From assembly GCF_000011805.1 (NCBI RefSeq), contig NC_006842.1: DNA of 32,000 nucleotides; one strand, written 5' to 3'. This DNA comes from Aliivibrio fischeri ES114 (GTDB lineage: Bacteria; Pseudomonadota; Gammaproteobacteria; Enterobacterales; Vibrionaceae). Positions 6,295 through 12,949 of the stretch are shown one piece after another. Both the position numbers and the translations under genes were made by a program. Positions within the stretch are counted from its first letter, which is position 1; each line of letters starts with the position of its first letter. Under the pieces are notes generated by a model that was not told the origin of the DNA, searched no databases, and saw only the letters and a program-made list of their open reading frames with translations.

Positions 6295-7347
6295 TTAAGC
6301 GTAAGCATAACCATTTCGATATGAACGTAAAAAGCCAGCATGTTTCAAATCCATTAAAACAAAATTAATGGTTTCACGCCCTACTCCCTTAAATTTTTCA
6401 CTAACACCACGTTGACTAGGTTTCACCTCTTTTGCAAGAACCGCTTGTTTGATCTCAAAATAAACTTGCTCATTACATTTTAAATGATCATCGCTGAATG
6501 CTTCATGATGATTATTAATCAACTCAGAAACGCAGTCATTAAAATGTTCGTCATTAACCGCTTGTGAGTGTGTAAGCACTGCGCACGACTGCGCATCAGT
6601 TTGTGACTGCGTTTGAATAACATCAGACGGAATAAGCTCTAGCGCAGACGTTTTTTCATGACTGCTCACGACTGCGTTTGAGTGCGCGTGAGTGCGTTTC
6701 AGTGCATTAGAAACTAACACTAATAACCAACTCATTAATTCAAGCGCACCAGATGTGATGTAACTAATTAATAAACCGAATTTATCAAAGACAGTAGATT
6801 CACTAGGTAGTGTAGATTGACGCTGATATAACGCATCAATACGAACTAAAAGAGGTTCAACTTTTTCTAACGTTCTTTCAGATTTAGTAATAAGGTTTGC
6901 ACTTTGTTGTTTGGCCGCAAGAAGACGTAACTCGTCAACTTGGGTTTTATATTCTTTAATTTGTCGAGAAACGGCTTGATAAGCAGTACTATTTTTTTGA
7001 CTAGCAACAACACCTTGTTCTAAAGCAGCAACAGAAGCAGAGAACGAGACCAGGCTTAATGTCAGACTTAGAGCTAAAGCAAAGAACGCAGAAACGTATT
7101 GTTTTTGTGAAAACAAAAACAATACAAACATAGGAGTAGCACATTTAGCGAAATCAAGCACAATGCCTAATGTGGTCATTAATACAGGTTCGCCCATAGC
7201 TAACCCGATACCATACATAAACTGAGCGGTTAAAATAGCGGATAGGATAGCTGTTGCAATAGATAACACTATACAAACATATTTTAAAGGGTTAGCCGTT
7301 GCAATAGATAGCACTATACAAACGGATTTTAAAATAGTAGAGTTCAT
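6295..7347 (-). CDS. Polytopic membrane protein with a central coiled-coil-like region and a C-terminal winged-HTH-like domain, function unknown
   Basis: 350-aa ORF. The N-terminal ~110 aa are hydrophobic (about 4 TM). The Q/L/E-rich middle looks like coiled coil. The C-terminus reads SQRGVSEKFKGVGRETINFVLMDLKHAGFL. No family recognised. Confidence 0.6.
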   Translation of the reverse strand: MNSTILKSVCIVLSIATANPLKYVCIVLSIATAILSAILTAQFMYGIGLAMGEPVLMTTLGIVLDFAKCATPMFVLFLFSQKQYVSAFFALALSLTLSLVSFSASVAALEQGVVASQKNSTAYQAVSRQIKEYKTQVDELRLLAAKQQSANLITKSERTLEKVEPLLVRIDALYQRQSTLPSESTVFDKFGLLISYITSGALELMSWLLVLVSNALKRTHAHSNAVVSSHEKTSALELIPSDVIQTQSQTDAQSCAVLTHSQAVNDEHFNDCVSELINNHHEAFSDDHLKCNEQVYFEIKQAVLAKEVKPSQRGVSEKFKGVGRETINFVLMDLKHAGFLRSYRNGYAYA

Positions 7348-7446
7348 TTGTGATTAATTCCTATTGATTATATTGGTCACACTAAACCTCGGTATTGCTT
7401 GGCGGCTATCGAGGTTTAACTTTATTTATAGAATTGAATTTTCAAT

Positions 7447-7518
7447 GTATAGTTGTATAGTTGTATAGTTGTATAGTTGTATAGTTGTATAGTTGTATAG
7501 TTGTATAGTTGTATAGTT
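7447..7518. repeat. 9 perfect tandem copies of GTATAGTT; candidate downstream centromere site
   Basis: Counted directly (72 nt). The array abuts the parB-like stop codon. Confidence 0.85.
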
Positions 7519-7796
7519 TACCCGTTATATTTATCAATGATATAATTTAATGCTTCTTCTACAAGTTCAGGTTTACTTTTTCCCTTCACTTTCTTTTGCT
7601 CATAAATTACAGCCTCAAATTGATCCCATATATCATCTTGAACATATACCCCTCGGGTTGTTCTAGTTAATGTTTTTTTCTGTATAACTTTAATCATTCT
7701 AGGTGCATCTGGATTTTCTGTTTGATCCTTATTTAAATTATCTACAGCACGGTCTTCTTCATCTTTCATCCAATTAAATCGAGAGTCATTTGCCAT
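7518..7796 (-). CDS. Small ParB/ParG-like centromere-binding protein (C-terminal ribbon-helix-helix pattern)
   Basis: 92-aa ORF coupled to parA (TAATG overlap at 7796). The C-terminal strand-helix-helix pattern is RGVYVQDDIWDQFEAVIYEQ...PELVEEALNYIIDKY. Confidence 0.65.
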   Translation of the reverse strand: MANDSRFNWMKDEEDRAVDNLNKDQTENPDAPRMIKVIQKKTLTRTTRGVYVQDDIWDQFEAVIYEQKKVKGKSKPELVEEALNYIIDKYNG

Positions 7797-8371
7797 TATT
7801 TTACCTCTACTAAAATATGATTCATTACTTGTAAAAATTCACGACGGCGAGATTTTATCTTATAAGCTCTATTTAACGCATCATCAAAAATAGTTCTATA
7901 TTCCGTTGCTGCACGTCCAAATACACCACTAGATGGAATAACAAACGCACCACGATCTTTCATTGCCTCAGTCACTTCTATTTCATCTTTTCTATGATGA
8001 TTAACATCAGTCACAATTGTCAGAATTTTTCTATCTAATTTTGAAGCTCTTTTATAAGCATCAATATAAGTAGCATACTGATCTCGTGCTGGTTTAAAAG
8101 GCATAACTAAATACCCCCCCTCAGGAACCTCCCAATCGGCTGCTTGATGATCAAAAATAATAATATCAGCATCAGGTTTAACTTTCGGTATTGAACTGAC
8201 AACATCAAATGGTAAATTACCACCTTTAAAATAAAGAGTTGATGTACCTTGTGGATCTTGACAAATAACTAATGGTTTTTTCCCTAATTCAACAGCAGCG
8301 GCAGCAAGGTTTATTGTTATCATAGATTTACCTTGCCCTCCTTTAGGATTCCAAACGTCAATAATTTTCAT
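7796..8371 (-). CDS. parA: ParA partition ATPase, small type without an N-terminal HTH
   Basis: Deviant Walker A NPKGGQGKS. 191 aa. Synteny with a small partner gene and flanking repeats. Confidence 0.9.
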   Translation of the reverse strand: MKIIDVWNPKGGQGKSMITINLAAAAVELGKKPLVICQDPQGTSTLYFKGGNLPFDVVSSIPKVKPDADIIIFDHQAADWEVPEGGYLVMPFKPARDQYATYIDAYKRASKLDRKILTIVTDVNHHRKDEIEVTEAMKDRGAFVIPSSGVFGRAATEYRTIFDDALNRAYKIKSRRREFLQVMNHILVEVK

Positions 8372-8392
8372 TTATAACCTCACTCTATAGTT

Positions 8393-8616
8393 GTATAGCT
8401 GTATAGCTGTATAGCTGTATAGCTGTATAGCTGTATAGCTGTATAGCTGTATAGCTGTATAGCTGTATAGCTGTATAGCTGTATAGCTGTATAGCTGTAT
8501 AGCTGTATAGCTGTATAGCTGTATAGCTGTATAGCTGTATAGCTGTATAGCTGTATAGCTGTATAGCTGTATAGCTGTATAGCTGTATAGCTGTATAGCT
8601 GTATAGCTGTATAGCT
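8393..8616. repeat. 28 perfect tandem copies of GTATAGCT; candidate upstream centromere/operator
   Basis: Counted directly (224 nt). Degenerate copies flank it at 8385-8392 and 8617-8660. It starts 14-22 nt upstream of the parA ATG. Confidence 0.85.
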
Positions 8617-8688
8617 GTATAGTATCATAACTATACAGTTATACAACCGTATAGTTGTACAGTTTAAATATAAATTACACAGTTTGTT

Positions 8689-8788
8689 TTAATGTGCACC
8701 TTTAATGCACTACCTAGAATTAGTGCATTAAATGCTAAAAATAAATGTATAATGCACCAAAATAACAACACCAATGTATAGTGCACTA
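8689..8788. promoter_or_regulatory. res-like site: multiple copies of a TAATGCAC/GTGCATTA motif
   Basis: Perfect 12-bp IR tttaatgcacta (8701-8712) / tagtgcattaaa (8721-8732). Related half-sites at 8689-8700 and 8748-8758. Palindrome tagtgcacta at 8779-8788 overlaps the resolvase start. Confidence 0.5.
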
Positions 8789-9421
8789 TTGAATGCTGAT
8801 ATACGTATTTATGGGTACCTACGTGCCTCAACCGATGAGCAAGATGCATCGAGAGCAAAAAATGAGCTGATGTTGTTCGCGGAACAAATGGGATTTCAAG
8901 TTGCTTGCTGGTTTGAAGAAAATGAATCTGGAGCCCAACTTAAGCGGCCAGAGTTATTTCGTTTGCTTGATATTGCAATATCTGGAGATGTGATCCTGGT
9001 AGAACAAGTAGACAGGATAAGCCGGCTCAATACCCAAGATTGGGAAAAATTAAAGTTGATGATCAATAAGAAAGGGTTAAAAGTCGTTTCTCTTGATTTA
9101 CCGACCAGTTATCAGTTTATGAGTAACACAGATGACTTCACAGAACGAATGCTTTCGGCTCTCAACGGAATGATGCTCGATATGTTGGCCGCAGTAGCAA
9201 GAAAGGATTATGAAGATAGACGTCGGCGTCAAGCTCAAGGTGTTCAACGAGCAAAATTAGAAGGTAAATATAAAGGACGTCCAATTAACACGAAGCTGCA
9301 CAATAAAATAGAAGGATTACTAAGAGAAAATAAGAGCTATAGCCAAATTGAAAATCTACTTGGTTGCTCTAGACACACGATTTCGAAGGTGTCAAAGTTA
9401 ATAAAAAGTTCCATTGGTTAA
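8774..9421 (+). CDS. Serine recombinase (resolvase/invertase family)
   Basis: YGYLRASTDEQ catalytic-serine motif, VDRISRL motif, and a C-terminal HTH (SYSQIENLLGCSRHTISKV). The exact start is uncertain. Confidence 0.9.
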   Translation: MYSALLNADIRIYGYLRASTDEQDASRAKNELMLFAEQMGFQVACWFEENESGAQLKRPELFRLLDIAISGDVILVEQVDRISRLNTQDWEKLKLMINKKGLKVVSLDLPTSYQFMSNTDDFTERMLSALNGMMLDMLAAVARKDYEDRRRRQAQGVQRAKLEGKYKGRPINTKLHNKIEGLLRENKSYSQIENLLGCSRHTISKVSKLIKSSIG

Positions 9422-9429
9422 CAAACTCC

Positions 9430-9452
9430 ATAGCGTTACCTTGTAACGCTAT
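9430..9452. terminator. Hairpin between the convergent resolvase and dinI genes; candidate bidirectional terminator
   Basis: Stem atagcgtta/taacgctat (9 bp) with loop ccttg. T-rich sequence follows on the + strand. Confidence 0.55.
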
Positions 9453-9482
9453 TTGTTAATTTAGCTCATTTTCTTTTCATTC

Positions 9483-9713
9483 TCACACATAAAGCCATTC
9501 TTCTGCATCATTAAACATGTCTTCAATCAACTTATTGGCCGTTTCTTTATCATTTTTAGGGGCATAGATTTCTAAATGATTATTGGTGCCTTTTCTGATC
9601 CTAATACGTGCGTCAGGATAACGCTGCCACACACGACGTTCCATTTCTTGTTGAATTAGCATTGCCCCATTTGTTGGGAGTAAAGCGGAATTTAATATCA
9701 TTTCAATACGCAT
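9483..9713 (-). CDS. dinI: DinI-family DNA-damage-inducible protein
   Basis: 76 aa, MRIE...LP.GA...YPDA.I.IR...AEEW pattern like E. coli DinI. GAGG SD. A LexA box lies upstream. Confidence 0.85.
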   Translation of the reverse strand: MRIEMILNSALLPTNGAMLIQQEMERRVWQRYPDARIRIRKGTNNHLEIYAPKNDKETANKLIEDMFNDAEEWLYV

Positions 9714-9730
9714 AATAGCCTCATTAGCAA

Positions 9731-9746
9731 CTGTATATTTAAACAG
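9731..9746. promoter_or_regulatory. LexA (SOS) box CTGTATATTTAAACAG
   Basis: Matches the CTGT-N8-ACAG gammaproteobacterial consensus exactly. It lies 18 nt upstream of the dinI start codon. Confidence 0.8.
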
Positions 9747-10139
9747 TGTTTATTTTTATACGGTTCGTTACGAAAGTAAATATTTATCGATGCTCTTTCA
9801 TTTAAAAATGTGTTTTAACGCGTTAAAACCGTTTTTAAATACAAAGCGATGCACAGAAAGAGAGCTAAAATGGTCATGACTCGATGATGTAATAGGTAAG
9901 TAGGCCAGAGTCACCCACTACCACAACATTGCTTGTAAGCGCATAGGGAAAGAAATACCCCCTAATTAAAAGTAGCCTCAACCCTCGCCCTGCTAGAATG
10001 CTCTTAAGTGCGTTGGTTTATCAGAGTGTGAGTGAGTTTCCTGTCGGATGACAAAAGAAAGATCCAGCGCAGCCAGTAGGGTGATGCTCTGTTTATATGT
10101 GTTGAAATAGAACTGGCTGGGGGCCCGTTAATTTTCTTC

Positions 10140-10400
10140 TTATAATTTATTTGTGTATGAGGAGTTTATTGAAAATTAATGGGAGGTATTTTTATGCTTT
10201 TGCTCTTTGGTTTCTATTAAATATTTATTTAATTATTTATATAAATACTAAGTACTAATACGTAAGTACTCATAAGTGCAGCACTCTATTCGTTGCCTTT
10301 TTTAGGCTTTTTTTTAAAGATATTTTCTTGCACTACTTTTTATGTGGATAACAAAAATGAACTATCGAAAGATAAAAACCAACAAAAAATAACAAGGATC
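10140..10400. other. Candidate oriV: AT-rich tract with short repeats and a DnaA box, downstream of rep
   Basis: Very AT-rich at 10140-10330. TAAGTACT at 10249-10256 and 10263-10270, with the variant TAAGTGCA at 10273-10280. A DnaA box lies at 10343-10351. Confidence 0.45.
10343..10351 (-). promoter_or_regulatory. DnaA box (TGTGGATAA, the reverse complement of TTATCCACA)
   Basis: Perfect 9-mer match to the consensus, about 155 bp beyond the rep stop codon. Confidence 0.55.
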
Positions 10401-10504
10401 ATGCAAAAATGATGGGGGATAGAAAGCGATTATTCGCTAAAATGGTATAAACTCAAATTTTAGATGTGCGAATGCCTCCGCTTTCGCGGATACGTTAAAA
10501 AACT

Positions 10505-11332
10505 CTAATGAGGTGCAAGTTGTGGTAAGTAAGCTTCAAACACCGTAGTGACGCTCTGAGCTACGTTATTCAATTTATCGGCGTTAAATACGTCCTGAAC
10601 ACCAGACGCTAACGTTCTAAATGACATCCAAGAAAAACGTAACCCCTTTTGCTCTTGACGCTTACGAGACGCAATGATCAGCTCACAAATATTACTGTAG
10701 CGAACCACTTTTAAATCACTAAAGAAACGCTCTGAAAATTGTTTATAAGCTGGTGCGCTACGAACCGTACCTTCTTTCATATCGACGCAAACATTGACAC
10801 GCTCACTATGAAGATAACCGGCGCGTTTTAGATAGGAGATAGCTTTAGCAAACGACTTAGGTGAAATATAACGCCCAAAACGTAATGCATAATCTTCTTG
10901 CAGATGATCGTAACTTATCGGTTTTAAACCTGCTTCAGTAGGTAAACCAATGCGGCCACCAATTAGATCCGTATTCACAATGATACAAGCAAGCACGTTC
11001 GCAATAAGTCTTCGGCATTGAATATTATTCACTCCTTCACCGCCCCAGGCATTCAGTGCTGGGAAACGGTTTGGGTTATCTATAAATTCTTCACACGATT
11101 TTAAAATACGCGCGTATTCAGGCGGTAAGGTTTCCCATTTACCACTGCGCAACAAGCGACGAGAGCGAAAATCGAATTTAAAAGGACTCTTAGGCTTCTT
11201 TTTGTTTTCATCAGCAACAACAGAGCGATGAAGTTCAATCAGCTCATGCTTACGATTTTTACGTTTAGCACGATATTCAGCATCATATTGCTTTTTAATG
11301 TGAAGTTTAGAGAGAAGATCAGAATGCTTCAT
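10505..11332 (-). CDS. repA: Plasmid replication initiator (resembles IncFII-RepA-family proteins by eye)
   Basis: ORF track 10505..11365. The start is moved to MKHSDLL (11332), preceded by GAGGA at 8 nt. Basic N-terminus. Context: an adjacent AT-rich region with a DnaA box and an upstream leader ORF. The family assignment is from memory, not a search. Confidence 0.55.
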   Translation of the reverse strand: MKHSDLLSKLHIKKQYDAEYRAKRKNRKHELIELHRSVVADENKKKPKSPFKFDFRSRRLLRSGKWETLPPEYARILKSCEEFIDNPNRFPALNAWGGEGVNNIQCRRLIANVLACIIVNTDLIGGRIGLPTEAGLKPISYDHLQEDYALRFGRYISPKSFAKAISYLKRAGYLHSERVNVCVDMKEGTVRSAPAYKQFSERFFSDLKVVRYSNICELIIASRKRQEQKGLRFSWMSFRTLASGVQDVFNADKLNNVAQSVTTVFEAYLPQLAPH

Positions 11333-11426
11333 AAGACACATCCTCATCATAATGGTATAAAGCATAAGCTAAATCATTACGTTGACAGAGATTGCATCTT
11401 GATATTACAAAGAGGGATAAATTCAT
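11319..11426 (-). CDS. 35-codon leader ORF overlapping the rep start codon (tap-like); speculative
   Basis: Own translation: MNLSLFVISRCNLCQRNDLAYALYHYDEDVSYEAF. It ends 10 nt inside rep in another frame. The SD is weak. Confidence 0.3.
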   Translation of the reverse strand: MNLSLFVISRCNLCQRNDLAYALYHYDEDVSYEAF

Positions 11427-11542
11427 TTTAAGATTCTCGACAGTTATAATGAGGCTTGGGTGCGAAACCAAACACAGACACTTAATTTATAACAAAAGAT
11501 CTCAAAGATCAACCGATTGTTATTTCAACAAATTTCAGATAC

Positions 11543-11580
11543 AAAAAAAGCTGACCCTGTCGAGGAAATCAGCTTTTTCT
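11543..11580. terminator. Bidirectional rho-independent terminator
   Basis: aaaaagctga (11545-11554) / tcagcttttt (11569-11578). A T-run follows on both strands (7 T on the - strand). Confidence 0.7.
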
Positions 11581-11635
11581 GCGAATGCTATTCGATCAGA
11601 TTCGCGGTCTGACACATTCTAATTCTGAAACATAC

Positions 11636-11657
11636 ACTACATAGAAAACTATGTAGT
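11636..11657. promoter_or_regulatory. Perfect 9-bp inverted repeat actacatag-aaaa-ctatgtagt; candidate operator
   Basis: Read directly. It shares the CTACATA/TATGTAG core with 6061-6085. Confidence 0.45.
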
Positions 11658-11738
11658 AGCGTGCTATGTAATGCACGTTTATATCAGAATTGATGTTATA
11701 TTAATATTATCTTTTAAAATATTCAAGTCAAGTTTTCT

Positions 11739-12350
11739 TTATAAACATAAAGAAGAATACCATATCACTTTACCTAAAATTTCAACATCTTGGTAATCTT
11801 CATATATTTCATCATGATAGCTCTGATTATAACTTTTAAGTTTTAACCCATTATTATCTAAAGATATTAATTTAACTCGTATTAAGTCTCCTTGTCGGAT
11901 GACATACATTGATCCATCTCGAATTTGTTTTTTAGATGAATCAATAACAAGTAAAGCATCATCATTTAAGACAGGTTCCATACTGTCTCCATGAGCTGTA
12001 ATTGCTAACAAATCCTTTACATTAAAATATTTAAATAATGCTTTTGGCAAAGATATATAAGTTACATTTTTACATTCACACAGAAAACCATGACCAGCAG
12101 ATGCTTTAACTTGCTCATAAAATGGAATATCAACATATTCACAAATGTCATCTTCAGTTCCAACTAACCATTGAACTGTACAATTCAATACCTCAGCTAA
12201 TCTAACTAAATGTTCTCCTTTTGGGGTTGTCTCTTCTCTTTCCCATTGAGAAATGGCCGACGTAGTTACATTAACTAAATCAGCTAATTTACGTTGGCTA
12301 TACCTTAGAGCCTTTCTTTTTTCTTTTAATCTAATTGATATTTCTTTCAT
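11739..12350 (-). CDS. CI/LexA-like repressor: XRE HTH plus S24 self-cleaving peptidase domain
   Basis: N-terminal LRYSQRKLADLVNVTTSAISQWE. Ala-Gly candidate cleavage site (SAGHG). GDSMEP catalytic Ser motif and a downstream RVK Lys. Confidence 0.85.
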   Translation of the reverse strand: MKEISIRLKEKRKALRYSQRKLADLVNVTTSAISQWEREETTPKGEHLVRLAEVLNCTVQWLVGTEDDICEYVDIPFYEQVKASAGHGFLCECKNVTYISLPKALFKYFNVKDLLAITAHGDSMEPVLNDDALLVIDSSKKQIRDGSMYVIRQGDLIRVKLISLDNNGLKLKSYNQSYHDEIYEDYQDVEILGKVIWYSSLCL

Positions 12351-12405
12351 TTTATTATTTTAACTTTAATCAAAGTAAATAATCCTGTGTATTTTTCAAA
12401 CAAAC

Positions 12406-12442
12406 ATAAAGAAAACTTTACTTGAATTATAGTTTTCTTTAT
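12406..12442. promoter_or_regulatory. Perfect 12-bp inverted repeat ataaagaaaact-N13-agttttctttat in the divergent promoter region
   Basis: Read directly. The same 12-mer agttttctttat recurs at 11730-11741, paired with ataaagaagaat at 11746-11757. Confidence 0.55.
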
Positions 12443-12499
12443 ATTGTAGCAAATAATCATCCATACAGCCTTTAAAGGCTAAAACCATAAGGTTATTGA

Positions 12500-12679
12500 A
12501 TGAGAAAAAAGAAAGAAACCGTGGGGATTCATTTTCAAATGGACAAAATCACGAGTAACACGCTTGAAAAAGAAGCGCAAAAAACTGGACGTAGTAAACG
12601 ACAAGAAGCAGCCATTAGACTTGCTGATCATGTCGCCCGTTTTAGTGCTCTTAATGAATTTGAGTACATAGAAAAATAA
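12500..12679 (+). CDS. Small ribbon-helix-helix-like protein (59 aa), divergent from the CI-like repressor
   Basis: Own translation: MRKKKETVGIHFQMDKITSNTLEKEAQKTGRSKRQEAAIRLADHVARFSALNEFEYIEK. Strand-helix-helix pattern. AAGG lies upstream. Below the ORF-track cutoff. The 74-aa track ORF on the opposite strand is its shadow. Confidence 0.55.
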   Translation: MRKKKETVGIHFQMDKITSNTLEKEAQKTGRSKRQEAAIRLADHVARFSALNEFEYIEK

Positions 12680-12888
12680 TTTTTTTATCGTAATTAATCC
12701 CATATCGGGATGCTCTTTAAAAACTAGGGAACCTGTTCGCTGCTGTGCAGTTAAACACGCTATCGGTAAGCCACTTTTATGAGAAGTGTAAGACTTATTA
12801 GATCACTGAAAATGCGTTGAAAACAGCAGTAAGCCTATGGAAGTGCCTGCCGTGTGAATATCCACGTTCAGAGCGCCATAGCATTTTA

Positions 12889-12924
12889 TTAGGCAAGCTC
12901 ACTTGCATAAGCGAGCTTGCCTAA
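12889..12924. other. Perfect 12-bp stem hairpin ttaggcaagctc/gagcttgcctaa with a 12-nt loop
   Basis: Read directly. No T-run follows on either strand. It lies about 25 nt upstream of ORF 12950. Confidence 0.6.
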
Positions 12925-12949
12925 TCATCACGGATAAAAAGGAATGGTT

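Noticed and set aside
7447-8616. Tandem arrays as a possible CRISPR array
   Set aside because: The units are 8 bp and contiguous, with no spacers. That is incompatible with CRISPR. The flanking parA/parB-like operon favours centromere repeats.
8380-8646. 88-aa ORF (YSYTAIQL repeated) in the ORF track
   Set aside because: It is simply the translation of the 8-bp GTATAGCT tandem array. It has no independent coding evidence.
8664-8858. 64-aa - strand ORF
   Set aside because: It is antisense to the res-like site and the resolvase 5' end. No SD, and the product is a low-complexity hydrophobic sequence.
11228-11622. + strand ORFs 11228..11431 and 11392..11622
   Set aside because: They are shadows of the rep 5' end and its leader region. 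One runs through the bidirectional terminator.
12382-12387. ATCCTG, resembling the IncP-type nic core
   Set aside because: A hexamer of this kind is expected many times by chance in 32 kb. There is no adjacent inverted repeat and no relaxase gene in the window.
12479-12703. 74-aa - strand ORF
   Set aside because: It is antisense to the better-supported 59-aa RHH-like ORF on the + strand (12500..12679), which has an SD and a recognisable fold pattern.
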